A stretch of DNA of 64,000 bases from Vicugna vicugna. Taxonomy: Eukaryota. Each line of letters begins with the position of its first letter. Position 1 is the first letter of the stretch. Positions 13,900 to 25,469 of the stretch are shown piece after piece. The stretch lies in the NCBI GenBank assembly GCA_013265495.1, contig MU058009.1:374001-438000 (forward strand). The letters run 5' to 3'. The position numbers and the translations under genes were made by a program. The notes under the pieces are model-generated. The model saw only the letters and a list, made by a program, of their open reading frames with translations. It was not told the DNA's origin and made no database searches.

Positions 13900-14110
13900 C
13901 GACCACACAGTGTTACAGCCCAGGTCTGTGGGCACTGTCCCCACTCTGGTCACCTCGATCATCCTTGGCCAACCTGCCGAGCAAAGGTGTTCTACCCCTT
14001 TGCTTCGTTATTACTATTTTTGACAGATGAGGGAACTGAGGCTTAGACTTTGATTGGGCGGCAGTGGGACTTGAACTTGCAGCACCTGGTTAGGGAGCCT
14101 GTACCCCTTT
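13900..14110 (-). mobile_element. MIR SINE fragment
   Basis: 'tttttgacagatgagggaactgaggcttaga...gggacttgaact' is the reverse MIR core. Confidence 0.7.
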
Positions 14111-15249
14111 CCGCCCTACAGGACTCCTCGCACTTCTCCCTCCGAGTGTTAAAACCGTTATCCACCATCTGTTATCCACCATCCGTCTGTTTAATCCTTT
14201 GCTTGCCTCTTCTCCTGGCTCTGCTGTAGGCTTTTACCAGGGCAGCGCGTCACTGTCTTTCGCGTTCGGCACCGTATCGCCAGTGCCTGTCTTGATGCCG
14301 GTGGACAGTTAAAAACGAGATTCGCTGAATGAACGGCTGGCTTCCTCTTTGGCTGTGAATCGTTAGAGGTGACCAAGGTAAGATCATCTGGTGGCCAGTC
14401 AACATCTTTACTGAAAAACATTTTCAGAGGAAGCAATAGATTTGGTACAGGCGAATCCAGCTGGATGTGCCTTTTGTCCTGTAGGAATCGAGTCCTGACC
14501 CAAAGATCTGAGGCCCCTCTCTACACTTCCTTTATTGACAGGCTAAGCGTGCATCAATCAAAAACAGCATCCTCTCATCTTAATTATATCCTAATAGCCT
14601 TGGACGCGCTCCCGCCTCCCTAAACCCTTTCCTCTCCACCTGCCTCCTGACTTGGGGTGGCGGGGAGGGGGCACTTTCAGGGAACCACGATCTCTCCACC
14701 TGCCTGGAGAGCAGGGAGGCTGCAGCTGGCTCCCCAGGCAGACAGACCCAGTGCAGCTCCCACTGATGGGGGAGCTCTTAACTCCTCTAGACCCCAAACC
14801 TGTCAGAGCAGGTCTGACGATCTCCAAGGGTTATTTGGCAGGAAAGAGGCATTACAAATTAAAAACGGGACACAATAGTAAGATTTTGGGTATGGGGGTT
14901 CAGGAAGGATGCTGAATTCCTTCCTGATCTTTCTGTGGAAGAGCAGACCCTCAGACTTGAGGTTGCTAAGACAGTTTCTGGGATAGAGAGTGATAAGCAG
15001 CATTCAGGCAGGTAAAACACCAACCTGAGCAGTGCCACCCTGAGCAGGGATGGCTTACAGTTTGGGGTAATTTGAGGAAGAGGTTTGGAAGGAGGGGGCT
15101 TCAGCCACAGGGTGGGAGGGGCAGGTGAGGAGTCAGGGGTGTAGGAAAGAGCAAAGGGGAGCGGGGCGTTGCTAACTGATGTGTTTCCAAAGGCACCTAC
15201 CTCCCCCACCTTCACTGCTTCAGCCTAGGATGCTTTGGGGAGGCCAGGC

Positions 15250-15519
15250 CAGCATTTCTCAAAATGCATCCACAGGCCACCCCAGATGAAGTCAAGCAGC
15301 CTCCTGGGGGTGCAGGCATGGTGCTCTTGGCTTCCTCCTGCCCGGGGGTGTTTCTTCCAAGGTCCCAAGTAGCTCCTTTCTGGCTGGGTAGGTTTTAGGG
15401 CCCAAGCCCCCGACACTCATGCCACATCTAATGAATCGTAACCTTCACAGATGGGCTGAGAACCTGCTTGGTTGAAAGCTCCCCAGGTGATTCCCATGAA
15501 CGTTAGAACTGGACCACTG
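15250..15519 (+). mobile_element. MER5A-like hAT-Charlie non-autonomous DNA transposon
   Basis: Starts 'cagcatttctcaaaatg' and ends 'ctccccaggtgattcccatgaacgttagaactggaccactg', as in MER5A termini. Confidence 0.7.
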
Positions 15520-15769
15520 AGCAAAGCCCTGTCCTGGGGTTCCCGTCGTCTGGAGTAAGCTGGGGAGGGGGGCGCACGGTGGGATCATTTTGTGGCATCG
15601 CTGACCTTGGGCAAACCCCCAAGGATATGTTGGTTCTCTAAAGAGCTCCAACAGGGGAAGGACTGTCTGTGGAACAGGACTCCTTTTCCAGGGTTGCTAG
15701 ATGCCTGAGCTACTGGGAATGAAGGAAGCTTCCAAATCATTGCAGTTTAATCTCTTGATTTCATAGGCC

Positions 15770-16161
15770 AGCGATGCTTAATTTCATGTGTCGACTGACA
15801 CCTGTGCCCAGATACTTGGTCAAACATATTCCGGCTGTTTTCTGTGAAGCTGTGTTTGGATTTAGCCTTGAGGTCGGTGGACTGCCGTCCAATGTGCTCT
15901 ACTTGTGATGGGGGCCTCGTCCGATCAGCCGAAGGCCTGAACAGAACAATCACTAACTTCCCCTGAGCAGCACGGAACCCTGGCAGCAGACGGCCTTAGG
16001 ATTCTGCCCTGGGTGTCCAGGCCACCAGCCCACCCAGCGGGCTTCGGACCTGCCAGCCCCACGATCGTGTGAACCAATTCCTCAAAATAAATCTCTCTTT
16101 CTATATATATATATATACACATCTGTAGATTCTATATCTCTGGAGAACTCTGGCTAATTCA
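15770..16161 (+). mobile_element. MLT2-family (ERVL) solo LTR with intact 5-bp target-site duplication (TSD)
   Basis: Starts 'agcgatgcttaatttcatgtgtcgact'; ends 'aataaatctctctttctatatatat...ctctggagaactctggctaattca'. Flanked by AGGCC at 15765-15769 and 16162-16166. Confidence 0.9.
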
Positions 16162-16286
16162 AGGCCCAATGAGGTATGAGAACTAACATTGGGTCTAGAA
16201 CCCAGGTCACGGCAAAGACGTGAATAATGGACACAATTTCCAGTCCTCCCACCCTGGGAGCACCAGTGAAGGAAGAGCGGCAAGCC

Positions 16287-16311
16287 GTGTGTGTGTGTGT
16301 GTGTGTGTGTG
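16287..16311. repeat. (GT)12 microsatellite
   Basis: Directly visible. Confidence 0.95.
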
Positions 16312-18129
16312 CGCACATGCACACGTGGGTGTGTGTTTCCTGGGAGCCTGGGACCCACATTATTCATTCCTTTTGCCCCAGTCCCTGACACTGACTTGGC
16401 AGACAGTAAGTACTGAGTGAGTGACTGATGGAAAGAAAAACTTGTGTGTCTCAATTATGTGGATACTTCTGGGGACCTTCCAAATCCCCAGGCAGCAGGA
16501 CACATACTAGTCCCCTCCGTGTGTCTCCTGCACCCCCACCCCAGTATCTTGGAGGATAGGACCGAGGCCAGGGGAGAGAACTGGAGGGCCTCTGACTGAG
16601 GTAGAAGCGATGGGGGTTCTGGGGGTCACAGTGAACATGAAGCCTGGAGGGAGACGGGAGGGCAGGGAGGGACGCCCCTTGTACCAAATACCTTCCCCGT
16701 GGCCGGCTCTCCGCCAGGGACGTGGGTGCAGGCTCTTGCAGGTGGTCTTCAGGTTATTTAAATAAATGAAGAAGGGGCAGGAAGTAGAGAGGGGGTTAAG
16801 GTCAAGGGCCCTAACCCAGCAGGAGAACGGGCCTAGGACAGAACACCCATGTGCAGAAGGAGGGGGAAAGAACAGAACCCATGCTAGTGGCCACTTAGTC
16901 ACCTCGAGCTGGGTGCCCTGGCAGTAGACTGGGGCCTCTGGGCCCCCGGGGTGGGCTCTGCCCTCAGATACGCAGGCGGAGGGGGAAGTCGGGACTTTAG
17001 TTACAGAAGTTTGCTCTGGTTGTCAAAGCTCTGGGCTATCTGCAGCCAGGACGCCATGCGTGCCCTCACCCACGCCTAGCGCAGTGCATGTGGGCAGCGT
17101 GCCAACAGAGGGGTTGAGCGTGGGTTTGGGCTGCACCCCTGCACCCCAACACTGCATCTGTGTGAGCTGTGCCTCCCCCAGGGTGGAGGCAGAATGGGGC
17201 TCCTGTCAAGTTCGTTCAGCTCCAGCTGGAAAAGTTCTCCTTTGGACAGCTGAGCCCTTGGGCTGGGTTGGCTCCTCCAGGACAGGGCTCTCTCAGAGAT
17301 GCCGACCCATCTTCTGAGCCGATCAGATCTGCATCCTCAGTGGAAACCAAGCTGACAGCTGGCTCCTGCTGCAGCCCAGCCTCCTGCTCCTATTTATAAA
17401 GGTGCTACCCCTGCTCCTGGGCTGCTCCGTAACAAGTCTTGGATGTCGCCTATGAGCCGCTCCACCCCAAAGCACCCCAGGACGAGCCCCGGCTGCACCC
17501 CAGAACCTGGAATGTGGTTTAACGTAATAAAATAAGTTTCCCAATATGCTATTGATAACCAGTTGTCCCCTAGGCCTGAGTGTTTCTAAGCACTTGGGGC
17601 AAACAACAAATATACAGCTCCCCAGGTCCCAGAGCAGCTCCTCATTCTTAGAAGCCACTGCATCCACCTCCTGGTTGTTCTGTAAAAGAATATGCAAGCC
17701 ACGGGAGGCAGGCGGAAGGAGCTGTTTGCCAGATGCGCTCACTTAAGGAGTCCATCGATTTAAAAATTCAGATGGATGCGTCGGAAACTGGTTCCCGACA
17801 GCAGAATGGAATTCTCCCCAGTCCCACTGAGTTAAGCATCAAGTTACATATCTTTCCCAGCAGCATGGACACTCCCAATAAAGCCAGCTTTGTGTGGGGA
17901 ACGCAGCTGGTGGGAGCTCCTTGATCCAGGTGCCCGTCTCAGCTCCCTAGGAGATAAATACAAGTCCCAGGGCGTGCCACCTCCCTCTTCCTCCTGTGTC
18001 AGCCGCGCCCTTCTCCCGAGCACTCCAGCCACCCCTCTAGGCAAGTCTGAGCAGCCCAGTCAGGCCCTGCTGGGTGCTCCAGGCCACCGAGGCCACGCAA
18101 AGCCCGTCTCGTTCCCTCACGTCCTCTTC

Positions 18130-18345
18130 CTGGTGCATAGTAAGTGCTCAAGAAACATTTCCCAACAAACAGTTGCCTTTCACGTACCAGGTACTGGAAA
18201 ATATCTTTCATATGTGATTTTTTTTTTATGACGTTGTATTTTTAAGCCCAACAGATCTTGGAGGGGGAAACGCTATTATCTGCATTTTGTAGATGAGGGA
18301 ACTGCCAGGATTTGAATTCATTTCTCCTCGCGCCAAGTCTGGGGC
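18130..18345 (-). mobile_element. MIR SINE fragment
   Basis: 'tattatctgcattttgtagatgagggaactgccaggatttgaattc'. Confidence 0.6.
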
Positions 18346-18669
18346 TCTCTTACATCGCACTGGCAACGTCCCTGCTCTTTACCTGAGAGCTTGCAGACAG
18401 AGGCTCCTGCCTTCTGTGGCTCGGGGGAGCCTGACGGACCACCGTCCTTCTGGAGGCAGCACGGTGGGAGCGGAGCCTCTCCCCCGGAGGGCAGTCGGGC
18501 CTGGCTCGGGCACTTGCAGGGCACCTTCCAGTTCAGGGGCTCCCAGGCTCTGCTCTCTCCCGGACTCCCTTCCTGCTCCGCACAGGGAGGGGTGAAGAAC
18601 ACTGGGGGGTGGGGGGAGGCGTGTTTCGGATGGAGCTTTCTGAGGGGCTGGGCAGTGAGCACGGAGAGA

Positions 18670-18830
18670 GGCAGACACATGGGTTTTGGGTCCTGGTTCT
18701 GTCCATCCTCAGCAAGCGATGGCATCTCGCAGAACTGCAGTTTCCCGTTGGTAGAATAAAGACAACTGCCACTTACTTCCCAGGGTGGTTGGGAGTCAAA
18801 TGAGATGATGTGCAAGTGCTGGAAAAATAC
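18670..18830 (+). mobile_element. MIR SINE fragment
   Basis: 'cagtttcccgttggtagaata...acttacttcccagggtggttgggagtcaaatgagatgatgtgcaagtgct'. Confidence 0.65.
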
Positions 18831-19641
18831 ATCTCAGTGGAGATGTGGAGTTGCAGGGCACTGGCAGTGAGGCCAGGTCCACCCTGGGTTTCCTACCACG
18901 CGAGCAAACACTGAGGTTAATCCAGGCCCCTAAGAGAGACTGAGTCCTTCTCGAGCAAGAGGCTCTAGCTCCATCCAATGCAGGACATCTTTTCAAAGCT
19001 TGGGGGGTTTGGGGTGACCGCAGCCAACTGGTAGACCTCTGTGGTTATCCAGAGAGGGCGGAGGGGCGGCTCAGCCTTTTTTCCCTTTCAGCAAGTCCTC
19101 CGCCTGCTGTTCTTGCCCAGAGAAAGCATCTTCAGATCAGCCCAGGGCGACAGGGCCTCCCACTCAGCCAGCAGAGCCCAACTCTCACGGTCCCGCCTGG
19201 AGCGGTCCGCGGGAGCCCAGCAGGGGGACGTCCACGTGCGGCCTCCGTGGGGCCTCGGAATTTGGATTTGCAACCACGGAGGCACCGTGTGCCTTCCTGA
19301 GAGTTGCCAGCACTGCCGTCTGCGAGTGGTCCCAAACCTCAGGTGTCAGGATAGAAAAGGGCTCCTCTCCCCGGGCCCTGGAACAGCATCACCAGCTGAG
19401 CTGCCGTGTAGGAGCGCGCTGTGACCCAGAACTGGGCCCGGCTCACCCGTGGCAGCCTGGTGCTTGTTAGTCATGTGGTCTGCACAGGCTTTTTTTTTTT
19501 TTTCCCAGCAACTGGAGGGAGCAGGGACAGAATTTCTTCCAGTGGCCCCTTAACCCACAGCACAGTGTGGAGCATAAGGGGGAACCCAATAAACATGAAC
19601 CTTGGACCGTCACAGCACAGGGTGTTTGCTTGGTTCTAATT

Positions 19642-19855
19642 CCACGTCCAACTTTCTGGATGATAGTTTCCTCCGGGGACATTTGACAACGTCTGGAGAC
19701 GTTTTTGATGATCATGACTGGAGGGAGGCCACTGCTTCTAGTGAGAGGAGGTCAGGGATGCTGTCAACATCCTCCAAAGCACGGGCACAGCACGGCCCCA
19801 CAGTCAGGGATTACCTGGCCCCAAATGTCAACAGTGCTGAGGAACAGAAGCCCTG
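19642..19855 (+). mobile_element. MER20 hAT-Charlie DNA transposon
   Basis: 'ggggacatttgacaacgtctggagacgtttttg...cagggatgctgtcaacatcct...ggccccaaatgtcaacagtgctgaggaacagaagccctg' follows the MER20 consensus. Confidence 0.9.
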
Positions 19856-20279
19856 GGTTAGAGGTAAAGAGAACAGTATGTTTGAAGTCGCCGAGTTGTT
19901 CACGGGTCTGGAAGGTCTAGAGGACAGTGATCGTTCAGGTGTGAAGCAGATGTGGAGTTAATGAAGGTCCCAGCAGGAGGTGAGGCTGGAAAGGTAGGCT
20001 GGAGCCAGAGAAAGGTCTTGTGCACCAAATGACGAGGCTTTGCCCCACAGACAACAAAGGCTTCCTGGGTTGGCTGAAGGGCCGGACTGAACCGAGTTCC
20101 CACCCGGTGCTCTTTCTACCGTACCCCGTGCTGCTTTGTTAGACAAGACAAGAAGAGATGCTTGGAGAGCAGAATGACAGCCACCCACGCGCTTTCATTA
20201 AGTCCCTTTCTAAGCACCTGCGAGCCTATCAAACAACATGAATACGTCCATCATTGCTCAGCCTACCACACCATGTTGT

Positions 20280-20420
20280 AACCACTATGTATTAATCAGT
20301 TTTTCTGTTAGATTGTAAGCTCTCTGAGGACAGGAATCACGCTTAGTTATCCTGGTATCCCAACACCGTCCATGACGCCTAGAGTTCATAGGAACATCGG
20401 GCTTGGCGGTTGAATAAATG
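20280..20420 (+). mobile_element. L2 3' end fragment
   Basis: 'tagattgtaagctctctgaggacaggaatcac...ttgaataaatga'. Confidence 0.75.
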
Positions 20421-20494
20421 AGGCAAAAGGGGCGGGGGGGTAAGTCTGTGCACCGCACAGTTGTAAGGACTGTGATGGGCTCCCTTCCTCCTGT

Positions 20495-21220
20495 TTTCTT
20501 TTTTTTAAAATATAAGAAATACATCCTCATTGTACAAATAAATGAAAACAAACAAACAAACAATAAACAACAGACAGTCTGAAAGAAGAAAGTAAAAATT
20601 ATCCCACCCTATGATTCGCTACTCCGTGACAAATACACTTAACATTTCAGTAGACACCACGCCGCCCTTTCTAGGATTACATATTCATGAGATTCCCATG
20701 CACATATTTTTATTTTTAATTAAAATGGGATCATACTATATATGTTGTTCTGTAGCTTGCTTCTTCACCTAAAAATATATTAGAAACGAGTGCAAGGCGA
20801 TGCCAGGGGATTTGCCTTAAGGTTGTGTTTGCATAGCAATCACCCGTTTTTATTTAGACTGCATCTTTGAAGAGGGGCTAAATCTGTGTGAACATCTTTC
20901 TATGTCCACGAATATACCCCCACCCCACGGCATTGAAAGTCAACGTGACTGAACGCTTGTGCTATAATGTATTAAACCAGGCCTCAAATGTTGCGATTTG
21001 TATCGCTTTTAGATTTTTGCTATGACAACAATGCTGTGATAAATATCCTTCAAGCTAAATTTTTGCACACATCCCTAGTTTTCCCTTAGTTTGAATTTCT
21101 AGACTAGAAATGGCTGGAAGCAAAACTGCATACTTCACAGCTTTTGAGAAGTCTGACCATGCTGGTCTGCAGAAAGGTTGTACCGACACACATTACTACG
21201 CGGGGTGTCTGGAGAGGGCC
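20495..21220 (-). mobile_element. Ancient L1 (L1ME-like) 3' region
   Basis: 'aaaatgggatcatactatatatgttgttctgtagcttgcttcttcac' and 'tttttgctatgacaacaatgctgtgataaatatcctt...gaaatggctgga' are typical antisense L1M blocks. Confidence 0.7.
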
Positions 21221-21479
21221 ACGTTGGCTCTTTTTGAACAAAAGCTATCACGTAGTCCACGTAAACACCAAGACAAGCTATCTTAACTCCATTCAAGGAC
21301 CCCTCGATATCATTTCAGTGTAGAAGAACTGTCACTCAGGACCTTAAGGTCTACCAGATGTACACGTGCAGTTTTGGTTTGGTGAGCCCTGCAGTTGTGT
21401 ATATGTGCCTCTGAACACGCACACGAGGTCACGTGTATGAAGCCATCGAGCCAAGCGCCTAGGACACAGCAGAAACTCA

Positions 21480-22172
21480 GCCAGTGCTCCTGCCACCTTT
21501 GCTGATGATTTTCTGCTCTGGGTACAGCCTTTCTCATCTCTTATCTGTGTGGTCGTCTCCAGCACCTGTCTGGCAAACCTATAAGCTGATCTATACATGT
21601 GCCAGAGTGATGTACCAAATGCAAGATGGACCATGTTATTCCTTTGCTTAAATGTCTTCAGGGGCTCCCCACTGTCCACACCCTGAAGTCTGGATCCTTG
21701 GTAGGACTTAGAATTCTCCATGACCTGCCCCTAAGACCCGGAAGCTTTATTCCCCATGGGTCTCCCACCCTCGCCCATGTCCCAGCCATGCTGTACCAGT
21801 AGGTCTCCTAACAGGATTCAGCCCTTTATTCCCCTGTGATGGGGAACAGGGCTATTCTTTCTCCCTAAAACATATTTTCCCTTTCCTACCTTGTTTGTCT
21901 GCAGAATTGTCTCCTGGGAAACCTGTGTTAACCCTCTTTCTCCCTGCCCCACCCAAGCAATGCTATCCTTTCTGTAGTCCCAGAAAATCTTGCCCAAACA
22001 CTATTTATAATGTCTCCCTTTGTACTGTAATTATTATTTTCATGTGTGTCTCCCCAACTAGACTGTTAAGAATCAGAACCTTATTTTATCTCCAGATCCT
22101 CAACGTCTGACACCAAGCTTAGCCCACAGTAGGTGTTTCATAAATGCTTTTTGAATTAATGTATGAATGAAA
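21480..22172 (+). mobile_element. L2 3' portion
   Basis: 'tgccagagtgatgtaccaaatgcaagatggaccatgttattcctttgcttaaa...tctccccaactagactgt...cacagtaggtgtttcataaatgctttttgaattaatgtatgaatgaa'. Confidence 0.85.
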
Positions 22173-23289
22173 TGAGAATGTCTTATTCTTTTTTATTTCC
22201 TTCCTCCCATCCATCCATCTACAGGGCTCCATCCACAATAGTCACTGAGGAAGCAAACTAGATTCATAACGTCCTCTCCTATTCAGATTAGTTTTCATGA
22301 ACTAATGGCATGCGGTCCAACTCCGTTCCTAGGATCAAGCAGAATTGAGTGAGCCAAGTGCTCTGCTGCCATCTGAACCTGCAGGAGGAGACGCAGAGCT
22401 GGCAGGGATGGAGAGGACAAGTTCTAGGTCTGTCACCAGAGGCAGAGCTGCAGGGGGAGCTGGGCCGAGCCTGGCTTCATGCATCGGTGGGAAGCCCCAG
22501 GTTGTGTGTGGAAGAAGGGACTGAACTTCTGAGACCAGAAACAGGAGTCACAGTGAAGGGAGAGATAGGAAAGGAGTTAGGAGAGGGAAGGTGGGCAGGA
22601 AGCACAGACAGACACAGGCAGGGAGGGATTCAGATCCAGAGGAAAACAGGAAGAGACGGCGGATGAGAAGGGAGGAAAGGAGGAAGCCACACAGCCCCAG
22701 GCTAGCGGGGGCGTGTGTGCTGCGGTTGTGTAAGAACAGCGTCTTCTGCTGAAAACCCCTGAGAAGTGATGAGCAGGACTGAGCCTTCGCTTTTTACTCA
22801 GTGTAATTAATTACTTTGTGGCTTTAAATAAAAACCAGCTATTCGTGGGGCAGCCTGACAGGGTTTCTTTTAACTTAATGTTTGCTGAACCATCCTTTCT
22901 ATCTCACTTACCTGATGTGGAACATATGCTGGGATCAGAATGACAGAGAATAAATCACCAGATTTGCTTGGCTTCTTTGAAAAATGAATTTTGGGGCTGA
23001 GATTTCTCATCAGTATATATCTTCCCCGAGCAGCCTCCTGACAGGGCATCCAGCTTGGGGGTGTCCTGTGCAGAGGTATATGGGTTCCCAGAAGTGCCCA
23101 GATGCCCACATCTGTGACATATCCATCATCTCGGGATGCAGGCCAGGCCACCTGTGCTCGGCTGGCAGGTGTTTCTATGGTGAGATATGATAGCCTGCTG
23201 AAACCGCGAGCATAAGATACAACTGTGGCCTTTGCATATATTCTACAGATACGTATGGAGCTTTGCATATGCATCTGAAACACAGTACA

Positions 23290-23465
23290 GCAGGGAGGCT
23301 GAGTCGTCACGGTGTTCACATGAGGGCTTTAGGCCAGAAACCCGGGGGTGACGTCTGCATCCTAGCTCTGCTACTGGTGGCTATGAGTTTGCCTCAGTCT
23401 CCTCATCTGTAGAATGGGGATGAAGCAGTCTTACAGCTTGGTTTGTTGAGTTCAAATGTTAGTCA
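23290..23465 (+). mobile_element. MIR SINE
   Basis: 'cctagctctgctact...gcctcagtctcctcatctgtagaatggggatga'. Confidence 0.75.
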
Positions 23466-23744
23466 TCCTCTCCCCACTCCCCACCCTTTCCGATTCTCAC
23501 TGTTGGGTGTCAATAAGCTATACAGTTCCGGCACAAAGCCTGTCCATTTCAGATGCGAAATCAAAGCTCCTTTCCCCTCCCAAGAGACTGCAAGAGCTCC
23601 AAGCCTCTGGGTGGAACAGAAGGAGGATTTGGGAGCCATTTTTAACTCTAGGTGTTTTGGATCAGGGTGAAAGGGGGGCGGTGGCAGTGGGGTGATGCTT
23701 CCCCAGGGCCTAGCCTACACCTGCTATACTATACTCTCTAACTA

Positions 23745-23890
23745 TGCTGGCACTTTGGCTCCTGACCTTTCAATTTACTGTCTGTGTGATGTTGGACAAA
23801 TCATCTAATCTCTCTGGGCTTGGTTTTCTCATCTTTACAATGGGGAGGTGAGTTGTATTGGAGATCTTTTAAAGTTTTTCCTAGCATTCC
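23745..23890 (+). mobile_element. MIR/MIR3 SINE fragment
   Basis: 'tgtgtgatgttggacaaatcatctaatctctctgggcttggttttctcatctttacaatgggg'. Confidence 0.75.
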
Positions 23891-23894
23891 TTTT

Positions 23895-24190
23895 CAGATG
23901 ATAAAAGTCATGTATACTCACTATAGAAAGCTTGGGAAATACATCAAAATATAAACAAGGGAATTAAAAACCTCCATTATTCCACCACTCAGAGAAAACC
24001 ATGCTTAATATTTTGGTGTATTCTGCTTTCTCTGCACATAGTGTATTGCAGAGTGAAATGGAACAATTTTGTAACACGCACTTCCTCCCCCTTAATGTTA
24101 AATTATCATACTCTTTCTCCCTGTGTCATTAAAAAATTATTTGGACCTCATTTTTAAGGTTTCTTCTGACATTAAAATTCTATGAAGAAT
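23895..24190 (-). mobile_element. Ancient L1 (L1ME-like) 3' fragment
   Basis: 'ataaaagtcatgtatactcactatagaaagcttgggaaatac...ccaccactcagagaaaaccatgcttaatattttggtgtatt'. Confidence 0.6.
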
Positions 24191-24334
24191 GGGGCTCATC
24201 TCCTTTCCTAATAAAAACATTTGTTCTCCCACAGCAGCAGAAATCACACAGAGGAAGGTGCCCTTGAAAGGGGCCTCGCAGATCTCTTTGGTCCATGCAT
24301 CACAAAAGAACAGCAGAGGGCTCTGTGGACCACC

Positions 24335-24510
24335 TGGCCCATCCATGTCCACCTGCTGCCTTAGCTCTGGAGAACAAGTGGCCCGTGCACATCCCCCTGA
24401 CGCCTCAGCTCTGGAGAACAAGTGGCCCGTCCATGTCCACCTGCCGCCTTAGCTCTGGAGAACAAGTGGCCGGTGCACGTCCCCCTGATGCCTTAGCTCT
24501 GGAGAACAAG
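24335..24510. repeat. Minisatellite, 4 x 44 bp with alternating unit types
   Basis: Units start at 24335, 24379, 24423 and 24467; each begins TGGCC and ends AGCTCTGGAGAACAAG. Confidence 0.95.
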
Positions 24511-24676
24511 AGGAAACTGTGGACTTGCTTCTGGTGGTGAGTCATCGACAAATGAAGGAGGTTTTAAAAAAATTAAATATCATCATGAATTTGACCTTGT
24601 GTGTTGGGAGAAAAAGGGCTACCTATACAATCGATTTCAGGGGAGGGGCTAAAAACATTTCCTAAAATGCCCATTC

Positions 24677-24745
24677 TGGAACCACGATGCTGTACAACAG
24701 AAATTAACACAACATTGTAAACGGGCTATACTTCAATAAAAAAAA
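24677..24745 (+). mobile_element. Extremely 5'-truncated L1 (about 70 bp, 3' tail only)
   Basis: 'atgctgtacaacagaaattaacacaacattgtaaa...tatacttcaataaaaaaaaa' matches the L1 tail at 41965-42020. Degenerate TSD aaaatgcccattc / aaaatgtcctttc. Confidence 0.8.
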
Positions 24746-24902
24746 ATGTCCTTTCCTTTCTCCCTGGTTACAAATATTCAAAACCCCTTAATCGTAAAAT
24801 AAGACCTTTTGTTACAAAGGTAAGATTTAAAATAAAACTGCTTTGGGGAAAGTTAACACACTGACCAAAACTCACACAAAGATTAAGGCAGAGACAACAC
24901 TA

Positions 24903-25268
24903 TGTGGTCGGCGTATGGTTTCCTCTTCCTGGCTCACAGGGAGACTTCCGCTGCCCCAGCCTTCCTAGAAAGTAGCTTCAGGCCAAGAGACAGCCCTTCC
25001 ACTGGCATGTGGGCAGAAGGGATGTAAGTGACTGCCAGGCCTGGGTCTTTAAAAGGTCCTGCATGAGCTTTCAGCTCTCTCTTCCCCTCCGGTCCCTACT
25101 TTGGAGGCCACAAGTTCAAGATGATAAAGCTGAGAGTGGAGGAGGGCCACCCGAGTGACATCAGAATCTGATGTGAATAAGAAATAAAACTTTGTTGTGC
25201 TAAGCAGAGCTGAGGTTCTGACGTTCATTTGTTCCTGCGGCTAAGCCTAGCTTATTCTGACTGGTACA
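24903..25268 (+). mobile_element. MLT1 (MaLR; MLT1I/J-like) solo LTR
   Basis: 'ttcctcttcctgg...atgtgggcagaagggatg...ttggaggccacaagttcaagatg...aagaaataaaactttgttgtgctaagc...gcctagcttattctgactggtaca'. Confidence 0.85.
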
Positions 25269-25469
25269 GAGAAATAAGAAACTGTAACGGACCCTTTTGA
25301 GAGACAAGGTTGGTTTTGGAGAAGACAAGGCGGGGAGTGAAGAGCTTGCAGGCCCTTACACCTGGCTGGCAGGAAGCTCAGCTTGGCGGCGATGCAGGGA
25401 TGCCAGCAGCCCAGATGGTAGTGCCTTTTGTGTGAATAATGAAAGGAATCTCCAGGTTAACCATTCTGA

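Noticed and set aside
24335..24510. CRISPR-like repeat/spacer appearance
   Set aside because: The 'spacers' are homologous to each other, there are no cas genes, and the DNA is mammalian; it is a minisatellite.
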